Shown here piece by piece: positions 11,097 through 23,700 of a stretch of DNA of 64,000 nucleotides (position 1 is its first letter; each line of letters begins with the position of its first letter). Origin of the DNA: Lingula anatina (taxonomy: Eukaryota > Animalia > Brachiopoda); the NCBI GenBank assembly GCA_051362555.1, contig CM120645.1, positions 2,728,001-2,792,000 of the forward strand, written 5' to 3'. The notes under the pieces were generated by a model. It ran no database searches. It was not told the DNA's origin and saw nothing but the letters and a program-made list of their open reading frames with translations. The position numbers and the translations under genes were made by a program.

Positions 11097-13513
11097 CTGA
11101 AAGCCGGTTGTTTCAGAGAGTTGCCCACGCCTCCAATGGTTCCCCTCAGCAAGTAATATCGGTCTTTGCAATCTCTGGATTTAGTTGATGTTTTCTTTGG
11201 GAAACATACAGTGTTTTGTCTGCCTCTGTTTCATGATTTAATACTCAGTGAAAGCGCTTGTGAAGAATGCCGGTCTCCAAGGCGGGTGTGATGGCGGAAA
11301 CTGCCTTAAGTATATGTAACGCGCTCGGATGTTGCTCGCAATCGGTTCTTCATGCGGGTAGCACTGGAATGCCATGTCCTAGAATGACGCAAAGCATACC
11401 TTATCTGTCGCAACTAGTGTTCGCTAATTTGACTCTCTATGTTGACATGGAGCTATTCTATATAGATGAAAGTTTTGGTAACAGTCTATTTGTTTACTTT
11501 GTGGTGAGGTAATTTGTTTGCAATTATATCTATTAGCCTTGATTTTGGACTTACTGTGAAATAAAGTTACTGGAAACCCTTTTATGAAATAAAACTGTTT
11601 ATAATTTATCTTTGTTTTTTTTTAAATAAAATGTATCTCACATTATGTAATTTTTTTCAATTTGGTTTATTTTACGTCTATATATGCACTCGATGATGTT
11701 AAGTTTTATTCTTATCAAAAGCTGTCAGAAATCGTACGGCATTGCCTCAAATATCGTGCATTTGTCAGCCTGTTTCACTAACGAAACTGTTCTCTTAGTA
11801 ATACCTCGTATCTTTATTTCATATTTAGATCATATTCATTTTAAACTAAGGATGGCGTAAATACCGGGGCACGCATGTCTGTTTGTTGACAATAGCCTCA
11901 GTGATAGCTTTAACACTTCAATTCCGAATAGCCCACCATTTATTATGTTAACTTTCATTTCCTAACGTTACACAATTTAAAATTGCATATATCAATGCAT
12001 TTTAATTAAAATAAGATAAATTACTTTGAAAATGAATTAATTTGAATAAAATTTTAACGGATATTCACTCCGTATTCAATGTTCCTTAAATAACTTTTTT
12101 CGCCTTCTTGCGAGTCATTGAGCCACTCGTCCTTGATTGGGATTCTATGTTTATTCGTGCCATTTCCAATCCAGCTACCTACCGGGTAGCTATAAAAAAA
12201 ACAAGATTCGCTTTAACAGCCCCCATGTCATCCTGACTTTTCAGAAGGAAATATCAGCATCATGTGCTTTTATTTGAAGTTTTTTTTAGAATTAAATCGG
12301 TTTAGATAAAAAGCTTGCTAGATAAAGATATGATTTTCCTACCGCGTAGCCTATATATTCCATAGTACCAGTATGCCTTTTACTTCACCTTTGACTTCAC
12401 TGGATGATTTAACGGATGTATAAGACCAGTCCTGCGTCGTCAAATATTAATTTTATGCACAATTAACCCTACATTTAGATTGATGTATTGATTAGGTTCC
12501 TTGAAAAGAGTCATAAATCAAGAATAGAGAATGTCGTATGAGTTATTTTTATTCCTTTCATTAAGGTTTTAATATCGAAAAAATAAATAGTTTTGAATTT
12601 AGAACCATATCGTATCATACATGCATGTCCTGGTAAATGTACTGCATATAACGGATTCTTCTTCGTGAATATTTAATAAAAGTTGTTATATAATGTGTAT
12701 CTGACGTATGGTGAGTTATGTAACACGTCCATGCAAATATAACTTTAAACTACGTCACTGTGCAGTGTCTGAAGTACTAGTAGACGTACACGTAATGGCG
12801 ACGTTCATAACAAGTCTGTGTCAGATTTTGAGTTTAGGTGTACCAATAAAGGCAGCCTACAAATGTGCATTGTAAGGCCCCGATATTTGAAAATTGAAGT
12901 CTAGTTAATGAGGGTGTCTCTTGTCATATGATCTGCAGTTTTGGACATGCCAGGAGCGTGCCAAAAGAAGTACATGTACTGGTAGGCCTACATGTGCGTC
13001 TCTCACAATGAATAGGGCCTACGTCTGGTGATTAACAAGAATGAAAAGAGTTATGAGTTTGTTCAGTAAAATTTTATTTCCAAACAATGTAAATGAATTT
13101 AAAAATACCCGTGCCGGCATGAGAATAATTTCAATGTTACGCTCGCCAAATACGCAGCCGTGCAAAAAGCCGCTACCACAATGACATCGAAATTATGTAC
13201 ATTCTAACTTCTAAGCCATCATATCTCTCCGTTTTTTGCTTTGAAGTTCAGATAATTACTTTGGTGTCCCCTTTCAAATTAATGTTGAACTAAATTTCAT
13301 TTATTTGAAAGTCAACAGTAGAATACACATCCGAGATTCAGAGGACCTTATTTTGGGTGCCTACATGTACATGTATATATTTTGGTGGCACGAGACCATT
13401 GGCATATAGACAAATAAAATGTTTTTTTTTTTCAAAATTAAAATCAACAAACAAAAAAACCTTTTCTCCTATTTAGGCCTACTACCTCGGGGGAAAAACA
13501 GGTGTAACAATGC

Positions 13514-13559
<46 letters not shown>

Positions 13560-14021
13560 GTTTCTCATGATTAATACAACGAAGAGGATAGTGGAATTGT
13601 GCTTTCCGACCCTGCAGCAGGTTCTGATCAAAATTTACAGTGGAACAAGTTTACAAATCTTACAAATCTGACTGATTGCTTATGTTCGGTCTATCTGTAG
13701 CCTATTATGGGCCGGACTTGCTGCGTTCCTGGTCGTTTTTGCGTGTGCACGTGTGCTTGGTTTTATTTTCCATACTACATTCCCATTTTTAAATTGACTT
13801 GTTTTTGATTTACATAATTTTATCTTTTATTTATATTTGTCAATCAGTTAGGCAAATATGACACCATCTTTTCTTGTTTAGTGCTGCACTAGCGATAGCT
13901 ATTAATTTCCCATTTAAGGGTGAAGGACATTTGAAAAGTGAATAGTTGTTACATTAGCAGAAGTCGCATTTGTAGTTGAGGGGTGCTTTTTCTCGGTTGC
14001 GAGTTTCACAACCACCTGCAT

Positions 14022-15198
14022 ATGAAAGCCCTAATTAACTTACAAAAAAACTTTCGCCTTGCACTCAAGAGAGTCACGTGTTTGAGAAGGATGACCGACA
14101 CAGGACAAAAAGCTTCGACGAGCACGTTGTCGTCAGCCTCGCCCTCTGCTCTTTCCCTCTCCGATGTCAGACCCGTAGTTGCTGTGTGCCAGTTAACTTC
14201 GACCTCGGACAAGGAAAAGAACTTCAATGTATGCAGAGCTCTTATAGAAAGAGCGAAGAAGAGAGGGGCAAATGTTAGTAGGTTTAGTTGTACGCTTCTT
14301 GTTTAAAAATAGAGAGAATTTCTAATGAATGCTTTTGGACACGTGCAGTGTAGAAAATGGCGGAGTGAAAGAGGGGTACCAAAATTTTCCTTTCAATATT
14401 GCGTCAGCCATTTATGATATGAAGCTGAAAAAACTGGTTCTCCCTTTATTGCTTTATTGGGGACTGCCACTCTAAACAATTAAGCATATTTAAATACATA
14501 TTTATCTTGTGTTGATTCCAATATTTTCAGGTGCTTTTTTGCTTGTTAACATAGATTAAACAATGTATTCATGCATTTTGAGTGTTGCTGAGAAAGTAAG
14601 CTCTTTCATAAAGTTAAAGACAATCCATCTTATTTTCTCCCTAAAATCCCTTCCCATGGTACTGAACCAATGTGTTTTACACTGCCTTTTTTTCAGTAGG
14701 TGTAACAGAGGAGATGCCATACATGTGTATACTTCATTTCAGTTAATTGTATATTACAGCCATCCAGTGGTATGCAGAGAACTACACAACCTAGGCAAGA
14801 AATTATGCTGAAGCATCCAGTTTTCAGCCAAGGGCACTGCCGATGTGGGGTCAACCCTAAACCATGTTATTCTGATATGTGCTTATTATAATAATAAGAA
14901 ATAAACTGCCGTAAAAGCTTAACACAACCACACAGGGTTTTACATGTATGTACATTTACTTTTAAATGTTTCAGATGGTATTTCTCCCAGAATGCTTCGC
15001 CTACATGTGTGAAAGTACTGATCAATATTTGGCTGTGGCAGAAACCATGGAAGGAGAGGTCATTGCAAAGTACAAAGAGTTGGCACAGTCATTACAGCTT
15101 TGGCTATCGCTTGGTGGATTTCATCAGAAAGTGAGTTTTTATTTATTTATTTATTTTATTATTTTTTTTTGTTGCACACATGTATGCACATATGCTTG

Positions 15199-15238
<40 letters not shown>

Positions 15239-18200
15239 TTATATACTTCATGTGCCACAATTGTTTTCCTTGAATTATTGGTGTATGTGCAACTGTATAT
15301 AAGTGTAGGCAGTATTGTAATGTATTGTTTCTCCTTTCACTAGAATTCTTCAATTTTCTCCTCAGGGCCCAGCGGACGACCCAAAAAGACTTTGGAACAC
15401 ACACATCATTATTGACAGCCAAGGGCATATAGCGGCTCAGTATGATAAATTGCATCTCTTTAATCTGGACATAAAAGGGAAAGTTACAATAAAAGAGTCT
15501 AATTTTACTATCCCTGGAAATAATGTTGTGCCACCAGTGGAGACCCCTATTGGCAAAGTTGGCATGGCTGTGGTATCCTTAATAAAAATTGAACTGGTAG
15601 TAGCTTTTTGTTTGCGCTACAGGGAATGTACACAGCTGTTCTCTTGTTTGTTATGTATCTTTAATATCCTTGATGTTAAATAAAGAACTGCTTAGATAAA
15701 ATATATTTCCTCGAGGGAATTGAATTACAAAATAGTTGTAATTTGCTTTTTGATCTTGTTCTTACTCTCAAATATATAATTTGTGTAGCTTTGTAATTTG
15801 CTTTTTAAATTAAATTAAATTGATGAATTATTTAAAGTCATTCGTTCATGCTCACAGTCATACAGATATACATATACATGTGTGTGCAGTTTGAGCCTTT
15901 CATACTAATTCTCCTTAACTGCTGTAGTGCTATGATCTTAGATTTCCCGAGATGGCTTCTTACTTAGTCCAGCAGGGTGCGGAAATCTTGACGTATCCTT
16001 CTGCCTTCACCCAGACCACTGGACTTGCCCACTGGGAGGTAACGTACTCTGGTCCGTCCTTTTATGACCTAGAGTCACAAACTGATAATGGTGAAAAAGT
16101 GAATTGCTTCAGAGGAGACTACTTGTTTTTATCTATGAAGCATGGAGTATGTACCATTCCTTAAAGGTCTTGATTAGTGCTCCATTGGTCTCTTTTGGAA
16201 TGATTTACATTGATTTCTATATTATCTTTATACAAATGCTTCCACATTTTCCACACTTTGTCATGTGACTAAGGACACATGATGTTTGGTGTCACATAGA
16301 AATTACAGTACTTACTACTTTAGATCCAAGGATTTTTTCCACATGACATTGTTTATTTCTTGAACTGTAATTTTTTATTTGAAGCTGCAAAAGTCCATTG
16401 TAAGATATTTAATTAACTGTGTCAGGTTTTTAAAATGTTAATATAGGGAAAGAGAAATCAAGCCATCCTCCAATGCACATGGTTTAATTTCCTATTAATA
16501 AATTACAAATATAAATTTTGTACTTATTATTTCTTTGTTTTCCAGGTGTTGCTTCGTAGTCGTGCAATAGAGAACCAGTGCTATGTGATAGCTGCAGCCC
16601 AGACGGGCAGACACCATGCTAAGAGGACCACTTATGGACATGCTATGGTATGAGTGGAAATCATTCACCCATTCTGGGGCCTTTTCACAAACTGGTTTTA
16701 GTCTAAAATCAGTCTTTGCAAATAAGGTTAAGAATTTTAGCCAGTTTTGTATAACAAAAATTCTGAAAATTCTCATATCAATGCTTGAGTTTAGTCCATG
16801 GATCAAACTGTTGGTGTCATTTCAGTTATTTTTACTATTGGTAGTGACAGTAGCCCATACATGATGTAGGTATTTGATTCAGCTACATTTCTAGTGAGCT
16901 TTTCATTGTTAGTACAATACAGTTATTTCTTAGCTGTCTTTACATAATCAGCTATCCAATATAAGCACTCTAGGATATTAAAAAAAAATTAACCATTAGT
17001 AAAACAACTTTTTTAAAATTTTAATTAATGAACCATCCCTGCATTGTTTTAAATGTATGGTCTTGTTGGATGACCTTAATTTGACTTTGACCTGACCTTG
17101 ACTTGACCTTGACCGTGTAGGTTGTTGACCCCTGGGGCTCTGTGGTTGCTGAGTGTCATGAAGGTGAAGATGTGTGTCTGGCAGAGATAGACCTGGAATA
17201 CATGAGGAAAGTTAGAGAACAGATGCCTGTGCAGGAACACAGGAGGAGAGATATATTTGGTACCATGACAAATGTAAAGTCTTTAGGTAAGAATAAATTT
17301 AATATTGCAGGTTGCTACATGCATTGCCACAAGGAGCTACATAGGCCTTGTAACATTAAGATACTATGCACTAATGTAATGTTTATCATTATAATTAACG
17401 GTAAAATTATTCATGACATTTAAAGGAATTGGTAGAAAACACAATGTGCTAATTGTATATTTGTTTATACTATTTTTTGTACCTCATACTATGTATGGGT
17501 TAATAACTTCACTGGGTCTTCTGAATCATAATATAAGGAAATTAGATCTTTAGATCCATATGTTTTATTACTGACCATTAGGAATATGATACCCTTTTAG
17601 GTTTGTATGTCACCAGAACATTTAGTGTAATAATACTACAAAGCATCATATAAAGACATGTCATACTATTTCTTATTGCACATTTATATATCTTAGCCTC
17701 TCTAGATGAGCCCCGAAGCTACCAGTTTGGACAACACACGATAGACTCTTCCATAGTGTTTTACAAGACGGCACTAACCCTGGCATTTGTGAACAGGAAA
17801 CCAGTCCTTCCAGGGCGTATCCTTGTCTGCATAAACAGTTTGGAATTCCTGTAGGTGTGAAGCATCTGCATTGGAATACCATAGTTTCATATTCTGTGTT
17901 TGTTTTCAGAGACATGAGTTTGCTGGTTTATCAATAGAGTAGATATGTTTTGGCCAGACAAGATGATGGATATTTAGTGGAAATTACCAACTTAAAGATG
18001 AAAATTTTATTGTGCAATCTAAAAACTTTCATGTTTATTAATGATTAATAATTAATAAGCTCTTCATTTTGTCCAGTCTTCCTTGTCAGGTCTTGAGCAT
18101 TTGCATTTTGTTCTTTTTCTGACTGACAATAACTAACTTGCTTATAATAATTGGACCAGTTGTCTTTAATGTCTTGTTTCTTAAATTGACTAAACATAAT

Positions 18201-19439
18201 TAGAATTATTAACCATGGAGCCATATATTTGTGTTAGCTTTAAGCACAATTTGAGGCAATTCTTGTTTAGAAATTAACTTTCCAGTCACAATTTATGCAA
18301 TAATCCTTAACCCTACCCCAGATGTCCTTGTCTGTCCACTACGTCCAGTGGAGAGATTTAATGACATGACCCCAGCAGAACTGTGCGACATGTTCCAGGT
18401 GGTCAAGCAGGTGTCTGAAGTAGTGGACAGAGAACACAACAGCACCTCGCTGACCATTGCTGTCCAGGACGGACCAGATGCTGGACAGACGGTGAAGGTA
18501 TGACATGTCAACTGGGCAAATTCTGTGACATTACATGATGACTAGTGACATAACAGAGATTCACAGCCAAGACAAGTTAAGGCGTAAAGTTAATATTGGA
18601 CTTATGACATGAATTGGTAAAATTATCATGTAGCTTGACAAGTATTTTTATACACATACATGATTATGATACATATATTTGATTATTAAAATGTGAAATT
18701 GCACCTCTTTAATTTTGTTTTACACATTTAAATTATCAAATATTCATGAATTGGGTTCAGAGGTATGTCAAAGGTTAAGTCGGGAGTTTTTTTTTAAATT
18801 TAATGTTTTATTTTTGTCAGCATATGCATGTTCACATCCTGCCAAGAAAGAAAGGTGATTTTGCCAACAATGATGACATATATCAAAAGGTAGGAACAAA
18901 TATATATTATAAATGTGTTCTTAAACAGTTTAAAGATGAATGTGAATTATATTTTTAAGGACTTCTATATTAAAAGGTTTGAAGAAATCATAGATGGAGA
19001 CAAATGTAGGTTACTGTATTATACTTTGACACATCCAAATTAAAGCAATGACGGTTGACAGGGTGACTTCTTCCCCACATTTTACCCATCTTGCGTATGC
19101 TGATTTTTTAGAAAGGCAAACAGAGTAACTGCACAGGATTGTATCTTCTGCCTTCCTCTAAGCCTTCCTTTGCATTCTACTGTAAAACATCCAAGACCAC
19201 AGCCAAGTCCCTTCACACTTTATTTTTTGTTTTTGATAAAATCCTTTGAGTTAGCATGTACAGGTGTTTAATTTGATTTTATTATTTTGAAAATGAAAAG
19301 CTTAAACTTTCACACTTTCCCACAGCTTGAAAAACACGATAAAAATCTAGATGGCACAGAAGAAACAAACCCAGGAAAATGGAGGACATTAGAAGATATG
19401 GCCGCAGAAGCCTCCAGACTCGGGACCTTGTTTAAATGA
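14022..19439 (+). CDS. NitFhit: NitFhit fusion: Nit1 deaminated-glutathione amidase fused to Fhit bis(5'-adenosyl)-triphosphatase. Exons 14022-14273, 14975-15130, 15366-15572, 15928-16038, 16546-16647, 17121-17286, 17697-17816, 18322-18497, 18821-18889, 19326-19439
   Basis: Nitrilase triad contexts VFLPECF (E), YDKLHLF (K), CYDLRFPE (C); also [34 protein letters not shown]. Continues in frame into Fhit: [42 protein letters not shown] (HIT motif), [11 protein letters not shown]. Confidence 0.95.
15573..15927 (+). other. U12-type (minor spliceosome) GT-AG intron in the Nit domain
   Basis: 5' site GTATCCTT; branch site CTCCTTAAC at 15911-15919, 8 nt before the 3' end; no polypyrimidine tract. 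Joins GMAV|CYDLRFPE in frame. Confidence 0.9.
17817..18321 (+). other. U12-type GT-AG intron in the Fhit domain
   Basis: 5' site GTATCCTT; branch site ATCCTTAAC at 18303-18311, 10 nt before the 3' end. Splits the His codon of PGHVLV (C|AT). Confidence 0.9.
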
Positions 19440-22400
19440 AGAAGGTGACATTTACTATCCTGAAAATTAAATCATAGATGGAGACAAATGTAGGCCATTA
19501 TGAGCTGGCATTAGTGTCAGTTAGAAGATATATTAGCCAATTGTCTCTTATTGTTGTGAACTACTATGGTGCTATTACCAACTTCCAAAGACAAACAGGT
19601 TAACCTTAGATGTGGCTTCTAGTCTACAGCTAAACAGACAATTATTTATCCACATGCTCCAGGCACCTAATGTGTTAGAAGGCATCAGTGTTTGGCATCA
19701 AACTTAAGTTATTATGATATTGTTAAGCACTGTGATAGTGGTTTATCCATGTAGCTATAAGGTTTCACAATTAGTTTTGAGTTAGTAATGCTCCATACCA
19801 TACATGCTTTTGGAAAAATGTGATGAAAAAATGCTGTCCAGAATAATCATTTCTGAAGTCATTAGTGGGGATGAAGGTATGAAATTTAGTTTGTGGAGTG
19901 CCAAAGGCTTATATTATTGTTCTTATGATTATTATTATTATTATGTCAAAATTTCACTTTGGAATTTTTTAGTTATTTGGGGGGGGGGGGGGGGGGGGAT
20001 TGGTGGATGGGGAGGTGAATTTCTATAAAGAATAAGTGCAAAAGCCTCTTGTATTGCTTGCAGTACTATTTATTAACACTGTGCATGAAGTGTTTGGTAA
20101 TTCTATTTTATTACGTTATTACGTAGTTCCATGTAGACCAGCATGTGCAGCTGTGGATGTAACCCAAACCTACATGTTACTGTTCACGAAATACATTCTA
20201 TGGCGGGTTCCTCAACTAAATGGGTTATGTGAAACACAGAATATTTGCTTGCTCTAATTCCTTTCAATCATCATGTTTTTACTAAGAAACATAAAATGTC
20301 CTAATGTTTTCCAGACCTGTCATTAAATTTTAGGTGACCACAGATGACGTTAGATTTCTAAATTCATCAGAAGGAGCTCCCTTCAATCTCTCTTATTTAT
20401 TCAACATCCTTTCTCATTAATTCTGCATTCTACTTAAAAACTTTCTTGCTGTTGACTGAAAACCAGTCTTTTGGTCTCCTGTCTTAGTCTTTCTGTCATT
20501 GACTAGTGGAAAGGGGTTGAATGATGGGTTAAAGGTTGCAGGTTTTCAGGGTCCTTCGGTCGTATTCCAACATAATATGAATCTTCCCCTCTCTTTCTTT
20601 TCAGTTCGGCATTGGGAATTTTTTTTTTTTTACTTGCTTCCCTGGAGTTTTCCTGACCAGGCCAAATTTTCTGTCTAATGTGTCTAGTCTGTATTGTCCA
20701 TCGCTTGGTCCCACAATCCTTGAACTCTTGAGTATTAAAACAAAGACATATTTGTTTCATGAGATGAGATTTTCACCTGAATCTAGATTTCCAATCACTC
20801 TTTTCATTGTTTTTCATTGTGCCTAGTATAGCAATGAATTCTATTAAGTCTTTCTGTTACACCATTTCCCAAAGGTTGATAGCTTGCTGTTCATGACTTC
20901 TCACTATTGCACAATTTACACATTTCTTTTATGAGACTGCTGTCAAAGTTGTTTCCCAGCTGATCACTGTGAATTCTTTTGAGGGAACCCATAGTGGTAT
21001 ACAAACCTATTCAGTATACCTTCTTCCATTGTTTTCGCAGTTTGATTCTTTTCAGGAATGGCAATGGGGCATTTAGTGAAATGATCTGTTATAAGATGTT
21101 TTGTTACTCAACCTTTTACATCTCAAACCGGAGTTAATCCATGCACACTAATTCTAAGGGCTGAAAGGGTTCAAAACTCCAATAGTGTCCTTCTTTACCT
21201 TGAGAGCACAGTCTGATTGCCTCCTCTCTTGCCTTAAATACTATTCCTACTCTGGCAGTATTCCTGCCAAATTGAAATGATAATTCTTACGATGGAACCC
21301 AACTTTTCTTTTGGTGTCTCCGAAGCCTTTCTTGGTATTTCAAGGCTGCCATAACTTAGTGGGGTGCATATGAATCCACCACTATGTCTGATTCAAATAA
21401 AAGGAGAGAGTCATCCACAGCTTTAAGTGCCTCTTTTTGTGCTGGTGAAAATGTAGAAACCAGCCTAGTAAATCTGAAAAAGGTGTTTAGCTCTTGTTTT
21501 GGCTTTATCTATATCAACATTTTATTGCCGGAAAAACAATGCAAATGAGTGGGGTAGTTCTGCAGTATATGATGTAAAGGGAGATGGTGTAATATTGACT
21601 TCCTCACATACACAGTCACCATTTGTCATTCCTTGGCAGCGTATTATCAAACCTTCTCTCCTTTCTAAAAAGGGTAGAATGTTGTATAGCATTCCACTTG
21701 ATACTGTCATCTTTTGGAAAGCTCTATGAAGTCCCTAGGGCAATGACTGTAGGCAACTTGACCAATTCCTGAAACAACTTTAGACCATGTATTTTCCAAG
21801 ACCACATCCATGGTCCTTCTCTTTCAGCTTTACTTCTGGACTTTCGCTGTATTTGCCAGCAGGTCTCTCAACTGTGGATGCAGTATCTGGGAGTGATGCA
21901 ACCAACTCGGCCTCCCATCTCCCCCTCTTAACAAAAGGGAACTGCTTCATGGGTAGTAGATACTGCAAATCATCAACGATCACAGATTTACTAGTTTCCA
22001 AGGTCTCGTCACTAGTCTCCACCTCCATTGGCTCTGATTTGATAACAGCAAGAGCATATTTTATTACACACTCACTGTTGCCATTACTAACCTTCACCTC
22101 GTAAGAATGAATCTGCACTGTGGGATCGACCCCCAACATAATATCCTTTGATGGGCCAGTAGGTACATTACCAGAGCTATAGAGTCCTTGCCAGAACTTG
22201 CCTTAGGTCTGGACACGGGTTCTAGTGGAGGTCCAATCACAGCCGGTTTAAGCCACGATACGGAAGCTGAATTCAGGGCCTTCATTTCCCAAGCCACTTC
22301 TTTCAGCCAGTATAGAGTGTACCCATTGTCCTTTCTCTTCAGCTTAGACATTTGGACTTTCGCTGCCTTCACTACCCAGTCTCTTTTGTTGCTGTTGTTG

Positions 22401-22569
22401 CTGATCAGATGATGGGTATGGTGTAACCAACTTGGCTACCATCCCCCCCCCCCTTCAATGAAAGGAACCTGTTCCCAGGGGAGCAAAAACTCCAGCTCAT
22501 CTACAATGGTTCTGCCAGCTGCCATATCTGAAAGGATATAAAAAATGGAGTTTAGTTTTGACCAGAAGC

Positions 22570-22960
22570 TATACATGATGAACATTTATATTTTGTGATA
22601 TCAAGAGCATCAGAAGGTGTAATGTTGACGCATGATCCATGATATCACTCATCACAATAGTCACACTGGGTCATAAACCTACCCCCATATGGCTGTTTAT
22701 GTACACAATACTTACGTGTGTCATTTATATCACCCATAATACTAATTGAAGAAGACGTTAAGTATCCTGAAATCCATGCAGGATTTTTCCCCTTCTCTGC
22801 AAGGCATTAACCTGTCATGAATTACAATCAAAACCACTTTCTTCAGTTTGACTTGGTACAGATGGGCTGACAGCTTCCTGAATAACCCCAGGCCCTTTCC
22901 ATGGTGATGATAATTTATGGGAGTTTTTCTTAATGTATGCCTAATAGGTCATGTTATTTA
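22570..22960 (-). mobile_element. Relic of a second Gypsy-type integrase C-terminus (GPY/F module) followed by a PHD finger
   Basis: Manual minus-strand translation: KLSSPWKGPGVIQEAVSP / YQVKLKKVVLIVIHDRLMPC, then YCVHKQPYG/RFMTQCDYCDE*YHGSCVNITPSDALDITKYKCSSC. Confidence 0.7.
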
Positions 22961-23076
22961 TAAATTATAATGCATCAAGTAAATGGTAAGTAAACATATT
23001 GATCTTGTTGGTGATCATGTGTTTAGTTCTAAATTAACTTATTATTAATTAACAGTTGATACTGATATAGTTAGAT

Positions 23077-23322
23077 TTACATTTTTTTTCTGAGAAAATT
23101 TCTTGTAGATGACAGATAACTTACAATTTCACTATTTTTCCGGGACTGAGCTGAATATTCATGTGGGATAGAGGAAACAGTTTTCAGGTCGTCAAAAGCT
23201 GGTGTCACTGACATTATGCGACTAACGACAGTTGTAAGCTCAGTTTTTAGGGCCCACAAATCAAAATCTGATGGTAAAATATGCTTTTGAGGAATGTTAC
23301 AAATTTCATCTGCAGTAGGCAT
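23077..23322 (-). mobile_element. Fragment of a DUF6589-like, transposon-associated coding exon
   Basis: ILPSDFDLWALKTELTTVVSRIM...PAF...SIPHEYSAQSRKNSEI then a GTAAGT donor. Resembles, from memory, the LPS...LVSRIL...HIPH.YS.EM..KSE pattern of this family; needs HMM confirmation. Confidence 0.5.
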
Positions 23323-23700
23323 TACATGTTTTAACTAATCTAAGATTTGTGCCAGAGGCAACTAGACCAATTCCCAGAGCAACTGTAGACCATGTATTTG
23401 CTGCTTAAGAGGCAGTTTGACCTTCTTTGGATGCTTACCGCTAGCAATGTATGTGCCCCTGGCCATCTTAGACAATGTACCCTTAGTAGGATGTCTCAGT
23501 CACAGTACACAGCTGCTGTACCACCCCACTCCACCTCCTTACCACTTGCCACAGTTACAACATGCTTCAGAGACTCAAAGCACCCTGCTGTAAGTGGAAA
23601 TTTGGCAGCTTTCAGTGTCCTGTCCAAATGATAATGACTATCTAAGGCCAGAACACGTCCACCTTCCTCCTCACCACCTTCCTAGATACTCCCGGCACAG

